DNA of 64,000 nt from Macrostomum lignano (lineage: Eukaryota): assembly GCA_002269645.1 (NCBI GenBank), contig NIVC01001966.1, positions 62,001 through 126,000 of the forward strand, given 5' to 3'. The position numbers were made by a program, and so were the translations under genes. Under the pieces are notes generated by a model, which was not told the DNA's origin, ran no database searches, and worked only from the letters and a program-made list of their open reading frames with translations. Shown here piece after piece: positions 39,130 to 53,260 of the stretch (positions within the stretch are counted from its first letter, which is position 1; each line of letters begins with the position of its first letter).

Positions 39130-41173
39130 GCCTGCACTAGCCATTCTTCTCTGCGCACACTTTGACCAATAGGGGCGTAGCACTTTGGCATCATAACCGA
39201 GAATGAACACTAACAATGAAGATTCTGACAAATAATTTGATGAAGTGTATTGAGTCTGGCTCTCTCCATCATAATGTAAAGTGCATGGACTGAATCGAAA
39301 AGGTTCTGTTTAATATGAAAGGGAGTTTGTCTGCATAGTCCATACAAGGACTGCTCAAGTATAGAAAGACGGAAAACTGCGTTTCTTGAAAGATTTGAGG
39401 AGGCAGTTTGTGCCATACAAATACATTATAGAGATAAAAGATTCTCATTTCCAATGACCCAATGCACATCTTTTGATATGTCTAGCTATTCTTAAAGTTC
39501 TATTAATACGGTATTTCAAAGAGCTTCTCGTATAGAAAATTGATTCTATGCGAATTTTATATTCACGTTAGATTTTCATCATTTTAAGTTGTCTGTGTAA
39601 CATAATGTGTAACAGCTAAGAACGATAAAACAGACTCATAAAACCAGTGAGTCACGTTGAGCCATTTTTATGATTTTTAGGCACAGGACATACACGCTAG
39701 GATTTTTGTTCAGAAAAATGAAAACCTCCTATCTTCGTAATGTATTTTTAATTAAAAAAATTGTTAGAAACAAAAGGTAAGAAGGAGCAGCTTTCAAAAT
39801 TCTAAGTGAAAATTCGTTTGCGGTATATCAACTGCTGGTTTCGGGAATGCCTTGAATTACTGGAAGAGAATGCAAAGTGCATTGCACCAACGGGTAGCAC
39901 GTCAAGTGCATGCCCTAAACAAAATCAGGCGTAGAATTAAATCAGAGCAGTAAGCAGCCATGGCTTAAAAATGTTCCAGTGTGTTCTGGATCCCATTTTT
40001 TTCAAAAGCAATAAACATGCAGTTCCTTGCAGAGCTATGCTAGCAGAGAGCAACATCGGTGCACACACCGAAAGCCGCGCAGCAAGTCTTCATACTGCGC
40101 AGCATTTTCTGCTCCTGGCAGTCTTACAGAGAAGAGAGAACAGGAGAAGTGCCACTCCAAGAATCGGTCCCCCGCAGCAGCAGAAATAGCAGAGAAAGCT
40201 ATATAACTGCTACCCCGAGCACCTTTCATGGTCCGTGGGAGAGTTTGAACACAATTTTTTTCACAGCAAAATTTCTAAGGAAAGAGAGATGCATCGAAAT
40301 GAAGCGTGGTGGATGAGCTGAGTTTAAAAATCTCATCTAATATAATGAGTGCGGGAGATAGATAGTACAGACAGAGATGTGTCGGCGCGGGCAGGGTTAG
40401 GGCAGACAAGGCCCTCTAGACTGTGTTGCTTTTATATTCGAACTCCATTTACTTCACGGCGTCTACGCTCCATTTCACTGAGATTCCAACTTACTAGCAC
40501 AAACAGCACCCGAGCCTTTCTGAGTAGCAATATAAGCAGCTTCAGCTTTGTACTCTTCCTATCGCACAGCAAAGCGATGGGGTATAGATACTGTGGTGTC
40601 CAGTTTGCATTAGTTGCGTGAGTGTGCGAGTGTCTATACTCATATCGTGTCGCAAGGTCAGCACTTATGTCCTCGCTGCCGTTGTCTTGCTGTTCTCTCG
40701 ATATAATAGCGCTCCCCAACAGAAAGAAAATTAGAAACAAGCAGGCTATACTTTTGAGACCATGAGTACCTGATTGGAAGATGTACTATATACATATCTC
40801 ATACGCTGGTTGAAGAACATACATTGTTTCATCAACAAATAAGCACCTAAGGTTATAGGGATATCTGATGCATGTTATTTTAAGTGCATGTGCACTGTGC
40901 AATGTGCACAATACAAATTTTTTCAAACTGGGATTACAAATGGATCCGTCACCTACTCGTGTAGTTTATCAATACCAGATTTCTACTCCTTAAGACATGC
41001 ACATTAAACGGACGGCCAAATTCAAGGATCGAGAGTGTAACGTCTATAACGATCGTGTTTCTATAGCGGTCCTTGGCCAAAATATGCATGTGCATGCAAA
41101 CTTTCGTTAGTTAAAATCTACAGTACATGCATACATATACTGTAGATTCAGTGTGATTTCAGTGTGAATCAAT

Positions 41174-43011
41174 CCCACTGGGAAAGGGTACATCGAAACG
41201 ACGTCGAAACGACATCAAGATATCGAAATCATGTCGTTTTTTAAAAAATGAAAATGGGATCGAAAAAACGATTAATTATTGCATAATTGTCCCTTTTTTA
41301 GCCTTTTTCGTATTTATTTGGCTTAAATTGGGTATTTTTTCCATGTCGTAAGTAAGTCGTTTTGTACGACATCGAAGTATTATGTCGTATCGATGTCGTA
41401 ACGACATCATTTTTTGCAATTGAACCCATATCCAAAGCATGACGTACTGACATTGTCGAAACGACATTGGTTACACACGGCATCACAGTTCTCCGTTCCA
41501 GTGACAGTTCAAAATGAAATTGCTATTTCACGTCATGCTTTAGTCAATAAACAATTCTTAGTGAGCAGGCTGAGGAGTTTTACTTATTTAGATCTGTATT
41601 AATTGTATTAGTTGTGCAAATCCACACTGGCTAGGCCTAGCTACTGCTACTGCACACATTACAAGTTAATTCAGTTTACAGTAGATATGATCATGCTTCA
41701 TGTACATTGTTCTATCCAGCCTCTGTCCATTGCTTCTTAAAGCCGACATGCCCAGGTGCCACACTCCTCCAGGTCATCTTTGACCTTATCGTTCTCTTCG
41801 CACCCAGTACAGATGTTTGATACTCTTCAACCGCGAATCCTCATGCTCCCTAAGTCCCAGCCATTGTAGTCGCCATGCCTTTTCAATGTGATCTTTCCCA
41901 CTTTCAAGATCCACCTGTTACTCCTGTTCTCACTATTAAAATCCTGTCATCAACCGCAGCGTCCTTACCTGTCACTCACTGCCGATTCTCCTAATCTGTC
42001 GTGACGTCACTGCACCACCTTGATTAATTACCAATTAGAAATATGGGCTAACCCTATTGTAAGATGTAACCATACAGAAGAACCCTACAGATTATAATAC
42101 TAATTTAAGATTATTTAGATGCCAGCTCATTGAGCCATTTAATCAGTACTTCTTTTTCTCACATAGTTCTCGCTGTTTGCTGTTATCGAATTTGATTTTT
42201 CTTCTTTTTCGAAGAAGTTTTCCTCTTTATTTTGCAGTGCAATGTTTTCACAGTTCATCTATAATGCTCGCTATAGCTCATTGAGCCCTGTTATCTATGC
42301 TTCAATTTTTTATGCAGTTAGTTGACTGTTATCACTGTCACTGTTACCAAAAAGCTCGTAGTTTACAGAAAAATAATACAAATTATACTTTTTTGTAATT
42401 CATCTTCTGCTGTTACCTTGTGTGCCATTATATTAAAACACGATTATATCGTCCATATACTAAAAATGGTTTGTCTTACATACATCCCTTTACTCATTTC
42501 AATATTTGTAACTTGCACAATAATTGAATTTACCGGTTTTTCTACAACTAGCTATAGCGTACTGGCACAAAATGGTATGTCTGTATGATCTGTGTGATTC
42601 ATTCTGTGCGCTTGTCTATCATTTTATACCGGAGCTCGAGTGAAGTTGAACCAATAGTACATTTACCATCTAGCAAAGAATCATTTTAAGCTATTCTACT
42701 TGTATATGATAGTTTTTTTATGGCTTAGAAATTTTTAGCAGGACATTATCGATCAGCAGCAGATAGATTAAATTGCATTTTACGACACGCGAGGGCCGCG
42801 AAAACTACATGAAATTGAATACGACATCAATACGACATTGCGACATACATACGATGTAAAAACGACGTACATACAATGTCGAAACGACATACATACGACG
42901 TCGAAACGATATAAACACGATGTCGAAACGACGTAGTAGGGCGGGGAAAAACCACGACGTCGAAACGACATCGCAAAACGACGTCGTTTCGACATCGTTT
43001 TTCCCAGTGGG
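41174..43011. mobile_element. Non-autonomous TIR DNA transposon (~1.84 kb) with a 2-bp AT TSD (ISL2EU/PHIS-like)
   Basis: Perfect 12-bp TIR CCCACTGGGAAA/TTTCCCAGTGGG, then a matching TCGAAACGACGTCG at the same offset. Both ends carry subterminal CGAC(G/A)TCGAAA arrays, and the element is flanked by AT on both sides. Confidence 0.75.
41760..41990 (-). mobile_element. Degenerate RTE-like LINE C-terminal fragment inside the TIR element
   Basis: The - strand reads RLQWLG..........K......R.R, resembling the RTE RLRW.GHV.R...GRP region; it contains stops. Confidence 0.35.
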
Positions 43012-43188
43012 ATGAGCAAAATGACAAAATGACAAAATGAGAAAAATCATTTAAGTGTTCATGATTTTACACGCAGATCATTCGATAGATGCGTGAAATG
43101 GCCTTTTTATTTTAATTAACTTTTCTCACTTTCTTTTTGCTATCGCTATTGCTTGTAATGGTATGCTCATTTGTTGGAAATACTAATA

Positions 43189-43202
43189 GCAACCATAGCA
43201 AC
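43189..43202. promoter_or_regulatory. Candidate RFX X-box (GCAACCATAGCAAC) upstream of CCDC105
   Basis: A strong CCATAGCAAC half-site, just upstream of a probable 5'UTR exon (GTAAGT donor at 43295, TTTTTAG acceptor at 43571). Confidence 0.45.
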
Positions 43203-43620
43203 GATTTCCGAACATTGCCTTTGAATAGAAGAAAAGGTCAATGGAACCCTTTAAGTTTGAAGCAGCAAAATGAAATGATTACTGACCGAGTAGAGTAAGT
43301 TTGTAAAAGTAGTAACTGTTTTAAGAAAAGAATTAACGATTATCTATGTGATAGTTTTTTTCTTAACGGACTAAGATAATTACAGTCAGATAAACAAACT
43401 ATAATTTATATTTTTTAATAAACGGCTGTGCAACAAAAAATAAATAACTAAAATCCGTTACAAAGTTATTTGTTTTTTAATGAAAGACTTTGTAAAATTT
43501 CACTTCTTTAGCCCCTAGTTTCTGAGCAAACTAATACTAATTTAAGTTAAACTTAATCTGTTCATTTTTAGGCTGAGATTGTGCCACAATCGTTGCGGGT
43601 GAATTATCTTCAAGCACAAA

Positions 43621-46512
<2,892 letters not shown>

Positions 46513-47271
46513 ACTTTGAAGACTCAGCGCGGCCAAGCTCAATAGGACAGATCGACAGTTGCACAGCTTGTGTTGTTTCATTCTGCCTCTATCTCTTTTC
46601 ATTTGAAGGGCCAATTTCAAAACAGGGGTTTTTCTCTCATCTTCTATAATGTACCTTTTTACTTACCAATTGGTTTCGTGTTACATTTGCTAAAAAGTTT
46701 TTCTAACAATTGTTTTTCATCTCTGCAAAGCAGTCACCAGATTGCTTTACTGATCTGGTGCAGCAAATCTTGGCCTTAAAGTCTATCTGCACACACTGCT
46801 GCTTTGCTGTTTAAATTTTGCAATTGAATCGTTGTTTGCCTGTTGTTTTCAGCCAATAAAAGTGAGAAAAATGTTGCTCAACAATTTTTTGCTTACCTTA
46901 TACTGCGCGCTCCCACGCTAGCTCGTAGAGAATTTAGCTGCTTTCAGATTGTAACCTATCCACGTGGCTTTAGTTCAGTAGCGACTGTGAATAATTTAAA
47001 CAAATTTGCGGCAATAACTGCAAACAGACAAATTTAGAATATATGCTTGTTCGTATTATATCCTACTTTCAATTCAGTAGTATCAGTCTTTTTTCTTCCT
47101 CCCGCCGATTTCCTATTGGTTAGTCTTATCTGTCGTATTGTTCCAACAACCCTCCTTCGCCGCGAAATCTCTACCCCTGTCACATCTCTGCCCAGTTTTA
47201 TTGCCCTTCTCCCCTCGTTGTTGGGGCGCGGCGACCATGTACATTATCTATCTGGCTAGCCAATGTACATT

Positions 47272-47387
47272 GGGGTCGTACTATAAAGCTGTCGTGGCGT
47301 AAGTTCGATCTTACGTCGGAACTTTTACACTACGGAGATAGGAGCTAAGATCGATCTTATCTTACGATGGCTTTATAGAACGGGCCC
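47272..47387. mobile_element. 116-bp miniature TIR element with a 3-bp ATT TSD (Harbinger/PHIS-like)
   Basis: Left GGGGTCGTACTATAAAGCTGTCGT versus reverse-complemented right GGGCCCGTTCTATAAAGCCATCGT (19/24 matches), with ATT on both flanks. Removing the element restores ATGTACATTATCT, which is also present at 47237. Confidence 0.55.
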
Positions 47388-48230
47388 ATTATCTCTGCAC
47401 TGATAGCGAAATTCGTCACGTGATTCTCTCCAGAAAACTTCTCCAGCAAATTTTACGAGTATAATTCGCCTTTCTCGCTGAAAACTGATCTATAAATGAT
47501 TTTTCACCCGCTACGAAAAAAGACAAGCAAAAATTTAATAAGCAAGTTCAAATTAGTCCATGAGATTACGATATTAGCGATGTGTAGATTGTAGATTTAT
47601 CGTTTGTCACCTTATACTGCTGATAAACATTCTGTACACTGCTTTAATAGAAAGTTTAAATGTTGTCAATTTTACACAGTTAATTTACACTCGTTCTCAT
47701 ATTTTTGCTATTTTTTCATAAATTTTCGTGTTTTGTTATTCTACCTTTAGTTTTTAGATAGACGTCCTCGGCTTTGCTAGTATGTCTTGCTATTTTAATA
47801 AAAATCAAGTCGGTCTAAAAAGATTTCCTACCTATTTTTTTCTAAAATTAATTGTAATTATATTGCTTCAGTTCTACAATATTTCTACGCGCTTTTTTTC
47901 TCGGTTGTCCGGGGCTAATTTTGCATCGGTATTTCCCTGTTTAATACAAGGCTCAACTGCTGAATAGCTTTAGAAGTTGCTTATTATATGAATGGATAAT
48001 TTCCTTCGCTTTGCTTGCTTGCGTCACTGCTGCTGTTTTTCTCAACAGAAAAAAGGAAAAAATAAAATCGAAAATTAGAACGAATATTAACTGCTTAGCC
48101 GTCTGCTCTACGAGTATCGATTGCGCTTTTTTCGTAGCAAATTATTGAAAATATACTAATTGCCAGCTAAATTAAGATAGGAGTTAAAGGAATCTTTGAC
48201 AACCTCGGCTGCCTACCAACTTGAGGACTA

Positions 48231-48540
48231 GAGGTTGTAGCCTAGTGGTCAGAGCGTCGGACTCACGACTCAAAAGTCGGGGGTTCGATTCTCGACCCAA
48301 TCGGAACAATTTGTGTCCTTGAGCAAGACACTTTGCATTGCTTCAGTTCACCCAGCTATAAAATGGGCGCCAGCATTCGCTGGGATAATAAGAAGATGGG
48401 GTGTGTGGCAATGGCGACCCCCAGTCCTTGGACTGAACAGCCGTACGCAGCCTTCAGATGCGCCGCGCAATAGCTGCGACTGAGCTGTCGGTAGCGCATC
48501 TGACCATTAGGGGAGGGTGTAATAAAAATAATATTAATTA
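48231..48540 (+). mobile_element. tRNA-derived SINE with CORE-like domain, full-length
   Basis: A box TAGCCTAGTGG, B box GGTTCGATTCT, then TGTGTCCTTGAGCAAGACACT...CTTCAGTTCACCCAGCTATAAAATGGG (MIR/CORE-like) and an AT-rich tail. A homologous inverted copy lies at 28733-29010. Confidence 0.82.
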
Positions 48541-49008
48541 AAAATATTATTCAGGACCTCGTGTCTCACCTCATGACAACACGGGCGAGTTAAAAATAAG
48601 CTAAAGGCTGAGATCCAGTTCGACTGCCGTGATGTGGTAAGCAGCTTGGATACAAACCTAAGATGTGTGACGTGATTGCAATTGGCTGTGCTGTTGTTGG
48701 CTGGCACACACCTTGCAGATAGATTTCCATATTATGATGAGCTCCTGCATCAATGGCATGCATCTAAAGCCAAAAAATGTGACTCTCTTCTCGTCACTGA
48801 TCCCTGATTCGCTTCACATTCTGCAAACAAGATGCTTATACCAATCCAAAAGCAAAAACATTCAGAGACGAATTGGAGAACGGCTAGAATGAGAGCAGAA
48901 CTGAAGCCCCATTGGCTGTGCAGCGGAGATTTAAGCCACCCACCAGGAAAAAATTCAATTCATCAAGCAACACTTGGAGCGCTCAGAACCATTTTGAACA
49001 CTGCGGCG

Positions 49009-49893
49009 ATGTCGACACCAACGATGCTCCTCCTCGCCCTGCTGAGCCTCGCCTGCCTGCGCAGCCTGCAGTCCTGCCAGCCGCCCTACCAGTCCGTGTC
49101 CGGCTTCTGCCTGCTCGTGAACACCACAGCCGCAGTCGGCTGGTGCCAGGCGGCTCGTCTGTGCCAGGCCGTCGGAGGCGAGCTGGTGATGGAGCCGGCC
49201 GCCATCCGGGCAGCTGCTCCGTTCACCACGGTGAACTTGTGGGTCGGCGTCACCGACATGCTGGAGGAGCGGCTCACCAGCAGGTGAAGCAGTCAACATC
49301 GAGTTTCGAGTGTTTCTGCACAAAGCAAAATTTATGCCACCTTTTGCTAAAATAACTCGGAAAATCTCACGCAACTGTTCATTAGCCTGCGATGCGTACA
49401 TATACTAATTTTCGAGATTATAGCTAAAATATTATAACTGATCTGATATTCTCATCCTCTCAGAAGCGGCTGGCGCATGGCCAATGGAAGCGAGTTTGTT
49501 GCACCAAACTCTGACTGGGGATCTGGCTACCCAAACAACAATGACCACTCGGACGACATGCTGGCTCTAACAAGTGGTCTCCTGGCCGACTTCATCTCAT
49601 CAAACGCCATCGGCTTCGTCTGCCAGCCCGTGGCGACGCCGAACAGCGGAACCTTCCGTCGGACCAGCTTCCTGCAGCTGGGCGACATCACGCCCTACTA
49701 CTGCTACACGGAGGTGCAGTCGGTGCAGCGCAGGCTGCTCTGCATTCGCCAGTGCGCTGCCCGCTGGGAGTGTCGGGCGGCTCTGTTCAACCGGGCCGAG
49801 TCTCGCTGCCGCATGCTGGACTTCGCCGACGCGAGCGCGGGCGACGCCATCGAGAAGAGCGGCGCTTGGGAGAAGTTCGTCAAGGCCTACTGA
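49009..49893 (+). CDS. Secreted C-type lectin domain + PAN/apple domain protein, 2 exons (49009-49283, 49464-49893), 234 aa
   Basis: Signal peptide MSTPTMLLLALLSLACLRSLQS. CTLD: C.PPY..V.GFCLL, WC.AA.LC...GG.L, LWVGVTD, GWRM.NG, FVCQ. C-terminal PAN pattern C..QCA...ECRA.LFN....RCRM. Phase 2 junction, 705 nt. Confidence 0.82.
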
Positions 49894-51716
49894 GAGAAAC
49901 AGCGATTGAAGAGACGAAATGGCCACTGGAATTAACAAACTCTTGACCCCTTGAGAGAGCAATTTTAACCAAAAATACGCTCATAGCGGAAACTCTACTC
50001 CAGTGCAGAGTCGCATAAAGCAAAATAAAGAGAGCTTAAAGGCGGACGGCCGCATTCACAACTGCTAGAAGCCTTTTTTCTTCCCTTTCTTCGCCAAAAA
50101 TTATAACTTTCTTGCATCAACCCTGAAAGTAAAAAGCTTGTTGATGTTTCTGTCCTCAAATTAATCTTTCTTCCACAATTAGGGCTGAGTCAGAAACATT
50201 TACGAATGGTGTAATATCAAGCCTTTGCCGAGGAAGGAAAGCACTTTGGGATCCCTTATTTGATGTTAAATTACTCATATAAATTCCGATTATTTTCTAC
50301 GTACCTCGTAATTTCTAGCTCGTAATTTTTTACGAGCGAAATACCCCAATTAGAACACATTGGCTTGTCAAGCATACTCCCTGATTATATCATGGACCAC
50401 GGTATACAGTGGTCCTTGATTTATGTGTGGCAACTCTCTCTATTTTCAAAATTTTACAAATCCACCATACCGCTTATAAAATTTTCTTCTGGAATTTTTT
50501 CGATGTGCAGGACTCAGGAGCCTCGAAGTCTGGAACTTTCGTTATACCCGGGTAGCAACGCAGAGCGCTACTCAAGTTTCGCAGTAAGCGGATGAGGAGT
50601 TTGCTTTTCTATTTTTTTAGGAAGATGAGGCGCGTGTTTCCCTTACACCATTTTTTTCCGAAACGTTTCCGGACTCAAGCGATGGGAATGAGGCAAAGGC
50701 TTTGTCGTGCCCGGTTTCCTTCCTATTCAAACTAATCACAAAAACATTTTGAGCTCACATTGATTGGAAGAAAAAAATATTGATTTCCTCGCATTGGGTG
50801 TGGAAGGCGATGTTGCGGAGTTAACCACACAGTCAGCGATCTGAGAGACTTTTTCAAGACAGGCGCGTTTCACTTCCGGTAATAAAATGTTATTAGACCT
50901 TCGATGTCAAAGATTTTTAATTTTGGCTAACCCAAGGACTGCTAAAGTAAGGCAGCAATCTTTGTAATCCTGAGGCTTGTACAAAATCAAAATTTTTGCT
51001 TATTTCGGACCCCTGCAGACTACGAGCGCGTCAATCTACAATTGACGAACGCTCTAAGCCTCTGTTAATATATTTTGCCAATCAACGCTCATTAACAATG
51101 GTAAGCAAATGAGAGGCTTAAAGCGTTTGTCAATGTACTTTGTGGCCGCGATCATCATCACAGTCTGAAACCCCCTATATAATCTACCATTAACTTAGTC
51201 CATTTTCGCACGCGAAGGCGTATTCAGCATGCCAGTGAAGTATGAGACAGACTAGGCCCATGGGCTAAGGTCTGCGATGCTTCACGCCTGCCCCTATCTT
51301 CAGCAGGTCAAGGCTGGTGGGAGGTCTGCACCCTCTATTTGCCTCTGGCAGCCGCAGACCCCCCCCCCCACGCTGTCTCGCAAGTCGACCCAGGGTACTC
51401 GTCCCCGCGTGTGTTCAAGGCAGTCCCTAGGGCTGCTGGACAGACTGGGCTCCGGCGCTGGCGACCCTATCCAGTGGCTTCGGCCGAATTTGGGTATGCG
51501 GGTCTGGCTCGCCAACCTGCAGGCCGTGGTACTGCTCAGGTGCCTAAGGTGTTGACCGTGCCGATGGGCTGGAAGGCCGGGGAGTAGTCCGGTCGCAAGC
51601 GGTCCCCCTCCTGGTGTCGGGCCAGCCTTGAGGGTGCTATTGGCCTACTGCCCGGTCAGGTGGAGCGGCCGGGTGGGTACCGCGCCCCTTTGAGGGTAGC
51701 CCACCAACCTTCTATC

Positions 51717-53237
51717 ATGGCCTTCGAGCCGTCTATGGATAAACAAGCTATTTCTAGGGACGGGGACCCTTCTAAACCCCAACCTCAGTCCGAAGGACCG
51801 GCCGGCCCTGCTGGCAGATCCCAACCGACTGATTCAACTGTGGCAAAGGAAGGACCGGCTGGCTCTGCTGGCAGATCCGACCAGAGCTACCAAACTCAAA
51901 ATACCCAAAGACCTGCCAGCTCCGCTGGTGGATCTAAGGGAACCGCGAGCTCTGAGCCTAAAGGACCGGCCAAATCTGGCAGATCCGACGAAGCTCAGCG
52001 GGCTCGGCTTGAGCGCAAACGCGCTAAACAACGCGCCAAAAGGCAGGTAAAGAAGGGAGCTGCGGGGGCCAAAGCGGCGGCGTCCACCATGGATGCTGAA
52101 GCGACTGGCGTCCCAAGGCAACCAGACGGGCCGGCCGGTGGAAGCTCCGGTAGTTCAGCGGCGGCGCTCCCTGGAGATGCTGCTGCGGCTGCTGAGGCCG
52201 AAACCACGGCGCAACAAATGGCCACTGCCAACAAGGAGGTTCCTTCGGGAGCTACCTTTGCGGCGAAGGCCAAGGCCAAAATCCCGGGAGTGATCATCCA
52301 AGGTCGCGACCAGGACTGGACCATTGATCAGCTTCAAAAAGTGTGGAGTGCTGTTGACTCCTATCTGATTGAGCTGACTGTCGAGGAGGGAATCTCCATC
52401 GGCATTGAGCGGATGGTGCTGCGAAGCACATTCGTTCTTATTGCTCCTAGCAGCGAGGAGGACGCTCGGCAGCTGCTCCAGCGGCTACCGACGGTCTCCT
52501 TGGATGCTGACCTTGGCGGAGCTCTTTTTCTTCGCGAGGGCCAGCGTCCAAAGACGATACCCTATGTGGTTTTCGTCCCTGCTAAGAGCACCGCAGCTGG
52601 ACCAGACGTTATTCGCCGGGTCCTACTGCGTCTGAACCCCGACCTCCCTGCTAGTGGACTGGTGTATCACCGCAAAGTCCGCAGGGGGGAGACGGGCAAC
52701 TCAATTGTCCTCGGCCTTTCCAGCACTTGGGCGAGTCGGTACCCTAATGGATCCTCTTTCCAGCTGGGTGCCCTCAAGCTCAAGATGCGCCGAGGAAAGT
52801 CTGCCAAAGGGAAGGCTACTGCCAACCCCGGCATCTCCGGCAAGAGCGGGGCGCAGTCTAAGGCCCAAGGAAAGGCGCAAGCCGATCCCAAAGCCAAAGC
52901 TGCGTCTCGCCCCTCTGCTAGCAGCAGTTCGGCGACCGCGGTAACGGCTCCGGCCAAGCCCCGGGAACCAAACCTGCCAGTCGGAGAAGGAGTTGAGGAC
53001 GAGGCCGGGTCTTCGGAATCCGAGCTCTCCTCGGCCACCCTGGTGGGGTCTGAAGGTAAAGATACAGGTGAGGAAGCTTCCTCCATCCTGTCATCGGAGC
53101 CTGAGGACTCTGCTGGGGGGCCGGTGGGGGTGAGGAGGCCATGGACGTCGACCAACTCCCATCTCCCAGTCAAGCCCCAGCGGCCTGGGACGAGGACGAT
53201 CTGTTGTCCAAGTCTCCTTGATGGCCCTGGGCTCTAG
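51717..53237 (+). CDS. LINE ORF1 (gag-like; basic NLS-like RKRAKQRAKRQ, no CCHC knuckle seen)
   Basis: An open frame of ~500 codons from ATG 51717 (the track starts at GTG 51660), directly upstream of ORF2. The central region resembles LOA-clade ORF1 (DUF4780-like; inferred). Confidence 0.75.
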   Translation: MAFEPSMDKQAISRDGDPSKPQPQSEGPAGPAGRSQPTDSTVAKEGPAGSAGRSDQSYQTQNTQRPASSAGGSKGTASSEPKGPAKSGRSDEAQRARLERKRAKQRAKRQVKKGAAGAKAAASTMDAEATGVPRQPDGPAGGSSGSSAAALPGDAAAAAEAETTAQQMATANKEVPSGATFAAKAKAKIPGVIIQGRDQDWTIDQLQKVWSAVDSYLIELTVEEGISIGIERMVLRSTFVLIAPSSEEDARQLLQRLPTVSLDADLGGALFLREGQRPKTIPYVVFVPAKSTAAGPDVIRRVLLRLNPDLPASGLVYHRKVRRGETGNSIVLGLSSTWASRYPNGSSFQLGALKLKMRRGKSAKGKATANPGISGKSGAQSKAQGKAQADPKAKAASRPSASSSSATAVTAPAKPREPNLPVGEGVEDEAGSSESELSSATLVGSEGKDTGEEASSILSSEPEDSAGGPVGVRRPWTSTNSHLPVKPQRPGTRTICCPSLLDGPGL

Positions 53238-53260
53238 CCAGAAATTGCATTTAATACAGT

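Noticed and set aside
48231-48305. Functional tRNA gene
   Set aside because: A and B boxes are present, but the acceptor stem is poor and the sequence continues into a SINE body shared with 28733-29010.
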